A stretch of DNA of 64,000 nucleotides. Source: Alphaproteobacteria bacterium (GTDB taxonomy: Bacteria; Pseudomonadota; Alphaproteobacteria; MPNO01; UBA830). The notes below the pieces were generated by a model. It had not been told where the DNA came from. It did not search any database and saw only the letters and a program-made list of their open reading frames with translations. This document shows, piece after piece, positions 11,651 to 22,153 of the stretch; the stretch's first letter is position 1, and every line of letters starts with the position of its first letter. Location of the stretch: NCBI GenBank assembly GCA_964291215.2, contig OZ219790.1:1536001-1600000 (forward strand), written 5' to 3'. The position numbers were made by a program, and so were the translations under genes.

Positions 11651-13951
11651 ATGGCGACGATACTTGAGGATAGCAGGTTCGATCCCGACCGGGAACTCGC
11701 AATCGTCGGCACCAACCCGGTCAAGCATGACGGGCTGGAAAAAGTCACCGGGCGCGCCCGTTTCGGCGCCGATTTCTCGCTGCCGGGCATGCTGTTCGGG
11801 CGCATCGTCAGAAGTCCGCACGCGCACGCCGTCATCCGCTCGATCGACGTCAGCAAGGCCGCCGCCGTGCCCGGCGTGAAGGCGATCGTCACCGGCAACG
11901 ACTTCCCCGACATCCCCGCCGGCAGCCCCGCCGGCGACATGACCAGGAACGCGATGGCGCGCGAGAAAGCGCTCTATGACGGCCATCCGGTCGCCGCCGT
12001 GGCCGCGACCAGCGAGGCGGTCGCGAAACGCGCCGCGCGGCTCATCGAGGTCGAGTACGACATCCTTCCCCACGTGATCGATCCGGTCGAGGCGATGAAG
12101 CCGGACGCGCCGATCCTCCATGACCACCTGCGCACCAAGGGGCTCGAGACCGAGGACGACCGGCCGACCAATGTCGTCGAGCGCATGGTGACCGCTATCG
12201 GCGATGTCGAGGCCGGATTCGACGCCGCCGACGTAATCGTCGAGCGGGAGTTCGATACGCGGCCGATGCATCAGGGCTACATCGAGCCCCAGGCCTGCAT
12301 CGCGGATCATTCGGATGACGGCCAGGTCTATCTGTGGTGCTGCACCCAGGCGCCGTTCGTCTATCGCGACCGTCTGTCGGCGATCCTCAGGATCGACGCC
12401 GCCAAGATCAACGTTCAGCAGTCCGAACTCGGCGGCGGCTTTGGCGGCAAGACCGGCTTCTATGCTGAGCCCATCGCGGTGCTGCTGTCGCAGAAGGCGT
12501 CGCGCCCGGTCAAGGTCGTGATGACGCGCAACGAGGTCTTCCGCGGCACCGGCCCGGTCTCGGGCACCAGTTATTCGATCAGGATGGGCGTGACCAGGGA
12601 CGGGCGCATCACCGCTGCCCAGGGCCGCCTGATCTTCCAGACCGGCGCGTTCACCGGTTCGATGTACTTCAACGCGCCGAACGCGATGTTCACCCGCTAC
12701 GATCTCGAGAACGTTCACATCGAATCGTTCGAGGTCGTGTCCAACCGGCCCAAGGTCAATTCCTTCCGGGCGCCGTGCGTGCCGCAGATCGTCTTCGGCG
12801 TCGAGGGGGTGATCGACGAGCTTGCGCGGAAGATCGGCATGGACCCGATAGACCTCCGCCTCAGGAATGCCGCCACCGAAGGCTACACGACCGTCTATGG
12901 CGAGACCTTCGGGCCGATCGGTTTCGTCGAGACACTTGAGGCCGCGAAGAAGTGCGACCACTACAACGCACCGCTGCCCGAGGGGCAGGGGCGCGGGGTC
13001 GCTGCCGGCTTCTGGTTCAATCGCGGCGGCGAAACGTCGACCTCCCTCAACATCGCCCCCGACGGCACGGTGACCATCATCACCGGCACGGCGGATGTTG
13101 CTGGTTCGCGCATCTCGATCGCGATGATGGCAGCCGAGGAACTCGGCATCGATGTCGACAAGGTGCGGATCACCATGGCCGACACCAACTCCCTCGGCTT
13201 CAACCGCGTCACCGCCGGGAGCCGGACCACCTATTCGGTTGGCATGACGGTGGTCGACAACGCCCGCGAATGCATCGGCGAGCTGTGCCGCCGCGCCGCC
13301 CAGATTTGGGACGTGCCGGAGGACGCGGTCGTCTATGAGAACGGCCAATGCCGTCCGGCGAGCCAGAATGTCGGCGAGTTCGACCCGCTGAGCATCGCCG
13401 ACATCACGAAACAGACGACGATGTCGCACGGCGCGATCACGGCGAGCACATCGATGAATGTCACCGGTGCCGGCCCCGGCTTCGGGCTCCACATCGTCGA
13501 CGTCAAGGTCGACAAGGAGACAGGTAGAGCGGACGTCACCCGCTATACGGTGGTCGAGGACGCGGGCAAGGCGATCCACCCCCTTCAGGTCGAGGGCCAG
13601 TACCAGGGCGGCGCCGTGCAAGGCATCGGCTGGGCGCTGAACGAGGAGTATGTCTACGGCGAAGACGGCTGCCTGCAGAACGCGAGTTTTCTCGACTACC
13701 GAATGCCGGTCACGTCCGACGTGCCGATGATCGACACGGTCATCGTCGAGGTCCCGAACCCCAGGCATCCATTCGGGCTGCGCGGCGTCGGCGAAGTGCC
13801 GGTCGTGCCGACCATGGCCGCCATCGGCAACGCGATCGGCGATACCATCGGGATCCGCCCGCAGTCACTGCCGATGTCGCCGCCGAAGCTGCTCGATCTG
13901 ATCGAGACGGCCAAAACCGAGCCCGACCCGGCCTACGCGCGGGGCGCGTAG
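11651..13951 (+). CDS. Xanthine dehydrogenase family molybdopterin-binding subunit
   Basis: HQGYIEP, LGGGFGGK, FRAP, GSRTT and GVGEVP motifs. Confidence 0.95.
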   Translation: MATILEDSRFDPDRELAIVGTNPVKHDGLEKVTGRARFGADFSLPGMLFGRIVRSPHAHAVIRSIDVSKAAAVPGVKAIVTGNDFPDIPAGSPAGDMTRNAMAREKALYDGHPVAAVAATSEAVAKRAARLIEVEYDILPHVIDPVEAMKPDAPILHDHLRTKGLETEDDRPTNVVERMVTAIGDVEAGFDAADVIVEREFDTRPMHQGYIEPQACIADHSDDGQVYLWCCTQAPFVYRDRLSAILRIDAAKINVQQSELGGGFGGKTGFYAEPIAVLLSQKASRPVKVVMTRNEVFRGTGPVSGTSYSIRMGVTRDGRITAAQGRLIFQTGAFTGSMYFNAPNAMFTRYDLENVHIESFEVVSNRPKVNSFRAPCVPQIVFGVEGVIDELARKIGMDPIDLRLRNAATEGYTTVYGETFGPIGFVETLEAAKKCDHYNAPLPEGQGRGVAAGFWFNRGGETSTSLNIAPDGTVTIITGTADVAGSRISIAMMAAEELGIDVDKVRITMADTNSLGFNRVTAGSRTTYSVGMTVVDNARECIGELCRRAAQIWDVPEDAVVYENGQCRPASQNVGEFDPLSIADITKQTTMSHGAITASTSMNVTGAGPGFGLHIVDVKVDKETGRADVTRYTVVEDAGKAIHPLQVEGQYQGGAVQGIGWALNEEYVYGEDGCLQNASFLDYRMPVTSDVPMIDTVIVEVPNPRHPFGLRGVGEVPVVPTMAAIGNAIGDTIGIRPQSLPMSPPKLLDLIETAKTEPDPAYARGA

Positions 13952-13997
13952 GCGGCGGCCACACGAGGGGCGGCTGTGCGCCGCCCTTCGGTAGCGG

Positions 13998-14699
13998 CTA
14001 TTCGGCGGCTGCCCTCTGCGCCGTGCCGAAGAGCGACGCGATGTGGAAGCCGCGTCGCGCCAGGTTGGCGTGGAACTCGTCGACAAAATTGGACGGAACG
14101 GCGCCTGTCACGATGTCGTTCGACAGGAGCGCCTCGGCCCACGCCCGAACGGCGGGAAACCCGTCGAGCAGGTTTGTCCGAAGATAGCCGTCGGCGATCG
14201 CGAAGCGCTGCAGGAACGGGGCGTAGGCGGCGTCGACCAGGCACAGTTCCGGTCCGTTGAAATACGGTCCGTCATTGCCGCGCTCGATCGTAATCGCGTC
14301 CTCGAGACGCTGCAGCGCCGTCCTCGCGCCCGCGAGCCCGTCGTCGGTCTCGGCCACGGTCTTCGTATAGTAGACGCCGGACAGCGCCTTCGAGAACGCC
14401 GGCACGAAATCCGTCCATGCGCGGTTGCGGGCGCGCTTGACCGCGTCTTCCGGATGCAGCCTCGGCGGCACGGTCTCGTCGATGAACTCGGCGATGGCGT
14501 TGGATTCGAAGAGGATGTCGGAGCCGACCTTGAGCACCGGTACCTTGCCGTGCGGCGAGATCTCGAGGAACCAGTCCGGCTTGTCGCGCAGGTTGATGTA
14601 GGTGACCTCGAACTTGACGTCCTTTGCGCGCATTGCAATCACGGCGCGCTGAACCCAGGGTCACGTGAAGGAGCTGATCATGTGGTACTTGACGGTCAT
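13998..14699 (-). CDS. Glutathione S-transferase with in-frame UGA at codon 13 (probable selenoprotein)
   Basis: GGAG RBS, ATG 14699: MTVKYHMISSFT-UGA-PWVQRAVIAM, in frame with the 214-aa track ORF (SPHGKVPVL, FESNAI, LVDAAYAP). Confidence 0.88.
14626..14649 (-). promoter_or_regulatory. Candidate bacterial SECIS hairpin
   Basis: GCGCGC-CGTGATTGCAAT-GCGCGC stem-loop starting 11 nt after the UGA (14663-14661). Confidence 0.5.
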
Positions 14700-14746
14700 G
14701 TTCTTTTCTCCGTTGCCGGCTTCGCATTCGCCGGACGGCGCGGCCC

Positions 14747-14971
14747 TCACAGGGAGCCGGCCGAAGGCAGGTCTTCCTCGAGAATCGAGACGGTGAGCGC
14801 GTAGGATTTCTCCCCGTCCTCCTCGTCGCTGTAGAGCGTTCCGATGAACTCTTCACCCACATGGACCTCCACGGGCGCGTCGGCCCGGCCCGACATCATG
14901 ATCCTGATGCGGTTGTTCGAGAATGTCTGGCGCAGGTACTGCTGGACGCGGCTGATCTCGTTGGGTGTCAT
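14747..14971 (-). CDS. DUF3126 family protein
   Basis: EISRVQQYLRQTF...VEVHVGEEFIGTLY.DEEDGE.SY..TVSILEEDL, typical of this alphaproteobacterial family. Confidence 0.85.
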   Translation of the reverse strand: MTPNEISRVQQYLRQTFSNNRIRIMMSGRADAPVEVHVGEEFIGTLYSDEEDGEKSYALTVSILEEDLPSAGSL

Positions 14972-15241
14972 GGCATGCTCCGGGACGGGAAAGCAGACGA
15001 ACGCTGTTTCGCTTCATGTGCGTCGTTACAGGGTCGGGGTCCCGATTGCAACCCGACGGGAGGGCAGCGAGGGCCTTCGGCCGCCTCCCTTCGCCCCCCA
15101 CCCGGCGGCTCCTGTCGGGCCGGCTGGGAGTCTCTGGCCGATTCGCCGCCGCGGGCGGGCGCGGATCGGCGGGAGGTCGGCGGTGCGGCGGCAGGCGCAT
15201 TACTCTAGACTGTCGGTATCAAACCACTCCCGCCGGTGAAC

Positions 15242-15997
15242 ATGCGAACCCTGACGATGATAGCGCCGGACACCGTTCCGGAAATCCGCGCCGGCGACGA
15301 CCTCGCCGCCGTTCTCCTGGCCTCGCTCGGCGACGCCGGGGAGCGGCCGGCCGATGGCGACATTGTCGTCGTTGCCCAGAAGATCGTCTCCAAGGCCGAG
15401 GGCCGCGCGATTCGCCTCGACCGGGTCGCGGCGCGCCCCGAGGCCGTGCGCCTTGCCGCGGAGACCGGCAAGGAACCGGCGATGGTCGAACTGATCCTGC
15501 GCGAATCGACGGAAATCGTCAGGGTGCGCCCCGGGCTGATCGTCGCCCGCCACCGCAACGGCTGCGTCGTCGCCAATGCTGGCATCGACCGCTCCAACGC
15601 GGGGACCGCCGATGCCGCCATCCTCCTGCCCGAGAACGCCGACCGGAGCGCCGCGCGCCTGCGCGCGCGCATCGTCGAGCGGACGGGGTGCGATGTTGGG
15701 GTCGTGATCAACGACAGCATGGGGCGCGCATGGCGTTCCGGCACGGTCGGCACTGCGATCGGCGCGGCCGGCGTGGACGCGCTGCATGACGCACGTGGCG
15801 GCCCCGACCGCGACGGCAGGATTCTCGAATCGAGCGTCATCGCGCTTGCCGACGAAATCGCCGCGGCGGCCTCGCTGATGATGGGACAGGGGCGGGAAGG
15901 GTTGCCGTTCGCGCTCGTCAGGGGATGCGGCTGGGCGGCCGGAGCCGGCCGCGCGGCGGATCTCGTGCGCTCCCGCGACCTCGACCTCTTCAGATAG
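15242..15997 (+). CDS. cofE: Coenzyme F420-0:L-glutamate ligase
   Basis: VVVAQKIVSKAEGR, ANAGIDRSN and DSMGRAWR motifs. Confidence 0.93.
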   Translation: MRTLTMIAPDTVPEIRAGDDLAAVLLASLGDAGERPADGDIVVVAQKIVSKAEGRAIRLDRVAARPEAVRLAAETGKEPAMVELILRESTEIVRVRPGLIVARHRNGCVVANAGIDRSNAGTADAAILLPENADRSAARLRARIVERTGCDVGVVINDSMGRAWRSGTVGTAIGAAGVDALHDARGGPDRDGRILESSVIALADEIAAAASLMMGQGREGLPFALVRGCGWAAGAGRAADLVRSRDLDLFR

Positions 15998-16004
15998 CCC
16001 CGGG

Positions 16005-16946
16005 ATGCATGTCGCATTCGCAGGCGGCGTGGGCGGCGCCAGGCTGGCGGTGGGCCTCGCGGCTGAGTTCGCTCCCGATGAGCTCCTGATCGTGGTAAAC
16101 ACGGGTGACGACTTCACCCATCTTGGCCTCCGCATCTGCCCCGATCTCGACACTGTCATGTACACGCTGGCCGGCATAGCCAACCCGGAGACGGGGTGGG
16201 GAATTCGTGGCGACACCTGGACGTTCATGGACGAGGTCGCGGCGAAAGAGGGAGAGACATGGTTCCGCATCGGCGACCGCGATCTTGAAACCCACCGCAT
16301 GCGAACCGCAGCGCTCGCGGCAGGGCGGCCGCTTTCGACCGCGACGGCGGAACTTGCCGCCCGGCTCGGCGTCGGCCACCGGATCGTTCCCGTAAGCGAC
16401 GACGAGATGTCGACGATCGTCGTCACCGCCACCGGGCGGATGCCGTTCCAGGAGTACTTCGTGCGCCGGCAGTGCCGGCCCGAAGTTGCCGGATTCGAGT
16501 TCGCCGGCGCCGCGGACGCGGGCCCGTCCCCGGCGGTCGCCGGCGCGTTCGACGGCGGCTATGTGCAGTCGGTGGTGTTCTGCCCATCGAACCCGTTCGT
16601 CAGCATCGACCCGATTCTCGCCGTGCCGGCGATCCGCCGGTTCCTCAAGCAGAGGTCGTTTCCCGTCGTCGCCGTGTCGCCGATCGTCGGCGGACGGGCG
16701 CTCAAGGGTCCGGCAGCCAAGATGATGCGCGAGCTGGGGCTGCCGGCAACGGCGTCTGCGGTCGCCGGGCACTATCGCGGCCTCGTCGACGCCATGGTCG
16801 TCGACGAGGCCGACCGTGGCGAGGCGGACGGCATCCGCCAGCTCGGACAGGAGGTGCTGGTGACCGGGACCGTGATGCGCTCCGCCGCCGACCGCTGTCG
16901 GCTCGCCGCAGAGGTGATCGCCTTCGCCGGGAGGCTGCAACCGTGA
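16005..16946 (+). CDS. cofD: 2-phospho-L-lactate transferase
   Basis: GGVGGAR, VNTGDD..HLGLRICPDLDT, PSNPFVSIDPIL and ALKGPAAK motifs. Confidence 0.95.
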   Translation: MHVAFAGGVGGARLAVGLAAEFAPDELLIVVNTGDDFTHLGLRICPDLDTVMYTLAGIANPETGWGIRGDTWTFMDEVAAKEGETWFRIGDRDLETHRMRTAALAAGRPLSTATAELAARLGVGHRIVPVSDDEMSTIVVTATGRMPFQEYFVRRQCRPEVAGFEFAGAADAGPSPAVAGAFDGGYVQSVVFCPSNPFVSIDPILAVPAIRRFLKQRSFPVVAVSPIVGGRALKGPAAKMMRELGLPATASAVAGHYRGLVDAMVVDEADRGEADGIRQLGQEVLVTGTVMRSAADRCRLAAEVIAFAGRLQP

Positions 16947-17542
16947 TCGACGCCAATGTCATCATCCCGATCAAGGGTTTCGACACCGGAAAGTCGCGGC
17001 TCGCGGCGGCGCTGACCGACGAGGAGAGGACGACGCTCGTGAGAAACCTCGTGAAGCGCACGATCGGCTGCGCCGTCGCCGTTGTCGGACCCGACGCGAC
17101 CTATCTGCTGAGCCCGGACGCCGAAGTCGTCGCGGCCGCCGGCAAGAGCGGCATTCGGGGCCTGCTGCAGAACGGCAGCGGCCTCAATGACGGCCTCAAC
17201 GAGCTGCGGCGGCGGCTGCAACCGGTCAGAACGGTCATCGTCCCCGCCGACATTCCCCACCTCGACGCCAGGGACATCCGTGCCCATGCCCTGGTCCACG
17301 GCGTCGGCATATCGCCCGACCGCGAGAAGATGGGCACCAACGTGCTCAGCGTACCGCGGCCCGGTGCCATGCGGTTCCGGTTCGGCTATGACAGCTTCTA
17401 CGAGCATCACCGCGCGGCGCGGCGCGCAGGTCTCGCGGTGACCGTGATCGATTTGCCGAGGCTGCGCCTCGACCTCGACAGGCCCCGGGACCTGCGGCGC
17501 CTCCGGGCGCAACTCGCCGGGATGAAGCGGCAGGCGACATGA
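16943..17542 (+). CDS. cofC: 2-phospho-L-lactate / PEP guanylyltransferase
   Basis: GTGA overlap with cofD; PIKG...GKSRL, GLN, PADIP, GTN, FRFG..SF..H and LDLDRPRDL motifs. Confidence 0.88.
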   Translation: MIDANVIIPIKGFDTGKSRLAAALTDEERTTLVRNLVKRTIGCAVAVVGPDATYLLSPDAEVVAAAGKSGIRGLLQNGSGLNDGLNELRRRLQPVRTVIVPADIPHLDARDIRAHALVHGVGISPDREKMGTNVLSVPRPGAMRFRFGYDSFYEHHRAARRAGLAVTVIDLPRLRLDLDRPRDLRRLRAQLAGMKRQAT

Positions 17543-17649
17543 CCACGATTCGGGCCCCGAGGGGGCTGTAGCCGCCAGCCCGGTGCGGCGCGGTCCGGAG
17601 GCCCTGTACGACAGCTTTCCGGACGGCGTCCGGCAAAGGGAGATGTGCG

Positions 17650-20600
17650 TTGAGTGATGACAAACAGACAGACGGCGGCGGGTGGCAGTTCTGGGTCGAC
17701 CGCGGCGGCACCTTCACGGATTTCGTGATCCGGGCTCCCGACGGAACGCTCTCGACGGCGAAGCTGCTGTCGGAGAATCCCGGACGGTACGCTGACGCTG
17801 CGCTGCAGGGCATCCGCGACACGCTCGATGTGGCCGCGGACCAGCCGCTACCCGCCGATCTCGTCGCCGCGGTCAAGATGGGCACGACCGTGGCAACCAA
17901 TGCGCTTCTCGAGCGCAAGGGCGAACGAACCGTCCTCGCGGTGACCCGCGGGTTCGCCGACCAGCTCCGCATCGGCTACCAGAACCGGCCCGATATCTTT
18001 GCGCGGCGCATCGAGCTTCCCGAGCTCCTTTATGAGAGGATTGTCGAGATCGACGAGCGCTACGGCGCCGACGGCGACGAGCTCCGCGCGGTCGACGCGG
18101 AAGGTGCGCGAACAGAGTTGCAGGCCGCTTTCGACGACGGTATCCGCTCGGTCGCCATCGTCTTCATGCACGGCTACCGTTACCACGGCCACGAGAAGGC
18201 GGTCGCGGCGATCGCGCGCGATATCGGCTTTTCCCAGATCTCGGTGTCCCATGAGGTCAGTCCGCTCATGAAGTTCGTCGGCCGCGGCGACACCACCGTG
18301 GTCGACGCCTATGTCTCGCCCATCCTGAGGCGCTATGTCGACATGGTGGCGGGCGAGATCGGCGGCAACGCACGGCTGATGTTCATGCAGTCGAACGGCG
18401 GCCTTGCCGACGCGCATGTCTTTCAGGGCAAGGACTCGATCCTGTCGGGCCCGGCCGGCGGCATCGTCGGCGCCGCGCGGACGGCGCGGATGGCTGGTTT
18501 CGACAGGATCGTCAGCTTCGACATGGGCGGCACCTCGACCGATGTCGCGCACTTCGCCGGCGAGTACGAGCGCACGTTCGACACGCTGGTCGCCGGCGTC
18601 CGCATGCGGGCGCCGATGATGGACATCCACACCGTCGCCGCCGGCGGCGGCTCGATCGTGCATTTCGACGGCGCGCGCTACCGCGTCGGTCCCGAATCGG
18701 CCGGCGCGGATCCGGGGCCGGCCTGTTACCGCCGAGGCGGACCGCTCTGCGTGACCGACGCCAACGTCTTCCTCGGCCGCATCCAGCCCGCCTTCTTCCC
18801 CAACGTGTTCGGCCCGAGCGGCGACGAGCCACTCGACGCCCGGATCGTGCGCGAAAAGTTCGAGGCGCTGGCAGCGCACATCACGGATGCGACCGGCGAC
18901 GACCGCACGCCGGCCGAGGTCGCCGCCGGCTTTCTCGAGATCGCGGTCGACAACATGGCCAACGCGATCAAGCAGATCTCCGTGCAGCGCGGCTACGACG
19001 TCACCGAGTACACGCTCAACTGCTTCGGCGGCGCTGGCGGGCAGCATGCCTGCCTCGTCGCCGACGCGCTCGGCATGACCAGCATCCTCATCCATCCCTT
19101 CGCCGGAGTGCTGTCGGCCTACGGCATGGGGCTCGCCGATCACCGGCTGATCCGCGAGCGCGCGGTGGAGCAGGCGCTCGACGCCGCGCTCGAGGAAGAC
19201 CTCGCGGCGATCGCCCGGGAGCTCGCTGCCGCAGGCACGGCAGAGATGGCGGGCCAGGGTGTCGATCCTTCGCGCATCGAAGCCGGCGCACAGGTGCATC
19301 TCCGCTACGAGGGTACGGACACGGCGCTGGTCGTCGATCTCGATTCCGGCGACCGCATGAGGGCCGCGTTCGAGGCCGCCCACATGCAGCAGTTCGGTTT
19401 CGTGAGCCCGGAGAAGGCCCATATCGTCGAGGCGCTGACCGTCGAGATCGTCGGCGGCGGCGAAGCTGCGGACGAGGAGCTCTCGGCTGTCGACGCGGAT
19501 GCGGTTCCCGAGCCGCTCGACCATGCCCGCATGTTCTGCGGCGCCGGCCCCCGCGAGGTTCCGGTGTTCGACCGTAAGGCGCTGGTGCCGGGCGCCGCCG
19601 CCGATGGCCCCGCCATCATCGTCGACGCCAACGCCACGACCGTGGTCGAGGAGGGATGGCAAGCCGAGATCACCGCCCGCAACCATCTCGTCATGCGCCG
19701 CGTCGTGCCGCGTCCGGCGGCGCAGGCGGCGTCGGGCACGGCGAGCGATCCGGTGATGCTCGAGGTATTCAACAACCTGTTCATGTCGCTCGCCGAGCAG
19801 ATGGGCGTGGTGCTCCGCAACACCTCGTACTCGGTCAACATCAAGGAGCGGCTCGACTTTTCCTGCGCGATCTTCGACGACCGCGGCGATCTCGTCGCCA
19901 ACGCGCCGCACATCCCGGTGCATCTCGGCTCGATGAGCGAAAGCGTGAAGACGATCATTCGCCAGCGCGGCGACACCGTCCGGCGGGGCGACGTGTTCGC
20001 TCTCAACGCGCCCTACAACGGCGGCACCCATCTTCCCGACGTAACGGTGATGACGCCGGTCTTCGACGAGCACGCGGACCGCATACTGTTCTATGTCGCG
20101 TCGCGCGGGCACCATGCCGAGATCGGCGGCAAGACACCGGGCTCGATGCCGCCGGACTCGCGGCACATCGACGAGGAAGGGGTCCTGATCGACAATTTCC
20201 ACCTCGTCGATGGCGGCCGGCTGCGGGAGAAGGAGCTCGAGGCGCTGTTCCTCGGCGCACCGTGGCCGACGCGCAACTTCCACCACAATCTCGGCGACCT
20301 CAAGGCGCAGATCGCGGCCAACGAGAAGGGCGTGCGCGAACTCCGCAACATGGTCTCCCATTTCGGGCTCGACATGGTTTTCGCCTATATGGACCATGTC
20401 CAGGACAACGCCGAGGCGTGCGTACGCGCCGTCATCGACCGGCTCTCGGACGGAAGCTTCGAATACGAGATGGATTTCGGGGCGCGAATAAGGGTGACGA
20501 TCACGGTCCATCCGGAAACGCGGTCGGCGACCATTGACTTCACCGGAACCTCGCCGCAGCAGGACAACAACTTCAACATCACCCACGCGGTTGCCGTCGC

Positions 20601-21282
20601 CGCGGTCCTCTACAGCTTCCGCCTGCTCGTCGATTCGGACATCCCGCTCAACGCCGGATGCCTCAAGCCGCTCGAGATCATCGTGCCCGAGGACTGCATG
20701 CTGCGGCCATCCTATCCGGCTGCCGTCGTTGCTGGCAACGTCGAAACCTCGCAGGCCATCACCGACGCCATTCTCGGAGCGCTCGGCCTGATGGGCGCGT
20801 CGCAGGGCACGATGAACAACTTCACCTTCGGCAACGCCGGCTGCCAGTACTACGAGACCATCTGCGGCGGCAGCGGAGCGGGCGCGAACTTCGACGGCGC
20901 CGATGCCGTGCACACCCACATGACCAATACCCGCCTCACCGATCCCGAAATCCTCGAGTGGCGCTTTCCGGTAATCCTCGAGTCGTTCAAGATCCGCCGC
21001 GGCTCGGGCGGAGACGGCGCCCATCGCGGCGGCAACGGCGTCGTCCGCCGCGTCCGTTTCAGGGAGGCAATGACGGCGTCCATCCTTTCGGGGCACCGGC
21101 GCATCCCGCCCTACGGCATGAAGGGCGGCGAACCCGGACGCACGGGGCGCAACTATGTCGAGCGCGCCGACGGCTCGGTCACCGAACAGGGCGGCACCGA
21201 TTCGACCGAGGTCGGCCCCGGCGATGTCTACGTCATCGAAACACCGGGCGGCGGCGGTTACGGCGTGGCGCCGGAGCGGTGA
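17650..21282 (+). CDS. Fused hydantoinase A/B / ATP-dependent 5-oxoprolinase
   Basis: [43 protein letters not shown] and [13 protein letters not shown] motifs; 1210 aa. Confidence 0.95.
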   Translation: MSDDKQTDGGGWQFWVDRGGTFTDFVIRAPDGTLSTAKLLSENPGRYADAALQGIRDTLDVAADQPLPADLVAAVKMGTTVATNALLERKGERTVLAVTRGFADQLRIGYQNRPDIFARRIELPELLYERIVEIDERYGADGDELRAVDAEGARTELQAAFDDGIRSVAIVFMHGYRYHGHEKAVAAIARDIGFSQISVSHEVSPLMKFVGRGDTTVVDAYVSPILRRYVDMVAGEIGGNARLMFMQSNGGLADAHVFQGKDSILSGPAGGIVGAARTARMAGFDRIVSFDMGGTSTDVAHFAGEYERTFDTLVAGVRMRAPMMDIHTVAAGGGSIVHFDGARYRVGPESAGADPGPACYRRGGPLCVTDANVFLGRIQPAFFPNVFGPSGDEPLDARIVREKFEALAAHITDATGDDRTPAEVAAGFLEIAVDNMANAIKQISVQRGYDVTEYTLNCFGGAGGQHACLVADALGMTSILIHPFAGVLSAYGMGLADHRLIRERAVEQALDAALEEDLAAIARELAAAGTAEMAGQGVDPSRIEAGAQVHLRYEGTDTALVVDLDSGDRMRAAFEAAHMQQFGFVSPEKAHIVEALTVEIVGGGEAADEELSAVDADAVPEPLDHARMFCGAGPREVPVFDRKALVPGAAADGPAIIVDANATTVVEEGWQAEITARNHLVMRRVVPRPAAQAASGTASDPVMLEVFNNLFMSLAEQMGVVLRNTSYSVNIKERLDFSCAIFDDRGDLVANAPHIPVHLGSMSESVKTIIRQRGDTVRRGDVFALNAPYNGGTHLPDVTVMTPVFDEHADRILFYVASRGHHAEIGGKTPGSMPPDSRHIDEEGVLIDNFHLVDGGRLREKELEALFLGAPWPTRNFHHNLGDLKAQIAANEKGVRELRNMVSHFGLDMVFAYMDHVQDNAEACVRAVIDRLSDGSFEYEMDFGARIRVTITVHPETRSATIDFTGTSPQQDNNFNITHAVAVAAVLYSFRLLVDSDIPLNAGCLKPLEIIVPEDCMLRPSYPAAVVAGNVETSQAITDAILGALGLMGASQGTMNNFTFGNAGCQYYETICGGSGAGANFDGADAVHTHMTNTRLTDPEILEWRFPVILESFKIRRGSGGDGAHRGGNGVVRRVRFREAMTASILSGHRRIPPYGMKGGEPGRTGRNYVERADGSVTEQGGTDSTEVGPGDVYVIETPGGGGYGVAPER

Positions 21283-21350
21283 GCGGGCTATGATGCCGCG
21301 CTTGTGGCCGGCTCCGGCGGCCTGACCGGACCGGCGCCCGGAGCAACGCC

Positions 21351-22130
21351 ATGGATTTCTTCCGAACGCCAGCGGAGTTGAGGGCGGCGTGCCGCTCGGG
21401 CGCCTATGACGGACCGACATCTGGCCATGCGCGGGGCTTCGTGCAGGCCAACATGGTGATTCTGCCGGCCGCCGACGCAGCCGACTTCACCGAGTTCTGC
21501 CGGCACAATCCGAAGCCGTGCCCGGTCCTTGAGATCCTCGGGGCCGGCGACCCCGAACCGAAATCCTCGGCTCCGGGCGCCGATGTGCGCTCCGACTTGC
21601 CGCGCTACCGACTCTTCAGGAACGGCGAGCCGGCCGGCGAGGCGACCGATGTCTCGGACTTCTGGCGCGATGACCTGGTGACCTTCCTCCTCGGCTGCTC
21701 GTTCACCGCCGAGGAGGCGCTGATCGCGGCCGGGCTCGAGCCGCGCCACATTGCCGAGACCGGCATCGTACCGATGTACAGGACGACGTGGGCGGCAGTG
21801 ACGGCCGGCCGGTTCCGCGGGCCGGTCGTGGTCAGCATGCGCCCCTACACGCCCGCGGACGCGCGCCGCGCTGCCGAGATCACGGAACGCTACCCGATGG
21901 CCCATGGCGGGCCGCTGCAGATCGGCAATCCCGACGCGCTCGGCATTGCCAACATCGATGCGCCCGAATATGGTGCTCCGGTCGCCATCCGCGACGGCGA
22001 GCTGCCGGTCTTCTGGGCCTGCGGGGTGACCCCCCAGGCCGCGCTTTTGAACGCACGCCCGGAGATCGCGATCACCCACGCGCCCGGGCACATGTTCGTT
22101 TCGGACCTGGCGGCGAGCGACGGGCCCTAG
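21351..22130 (+). CDS. DUF1445 putative hydro-lyase (D-glutamate cyclase-like)
   Basis: NPKPCP, GCSFT, VVSMRP, PVFWACGVTPQ and ITHAPGHM motifs. Confidence 0.9.
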   Translation: MDFFRTPAELRAACRSGAYDGPTSGHARGFVQANMVILPAADAADFTEFCRHNPKPCPVLEILGAGDPEPKSSAPGADVRSDLPRYRLFRNGEPAGEATDVSDFWRDDLVTFLLGCSFTAEEALIAAGLEPRHIAETGIVPMYRTTWAAVTAGRFRGPVVVSMRPYTPADARRAAEITERYPMAHGGPLQIGNPDALGIANIDAPEYGAPVAIRDGELPVFWACGVTPQAALLNARPEIAITHAPGHMFVSDLAASDGP

Positions 22131-22153
22131 AAGCGGACCGGGGGAGGACTGTC

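Noticed and set aside
13998-14699. GST as a nonsense pseudogene
   Set aside because: The only lesion is UGA exactly at the catalytic Cys position with a downstream hairpin; Sec is the better explanation, though unproven
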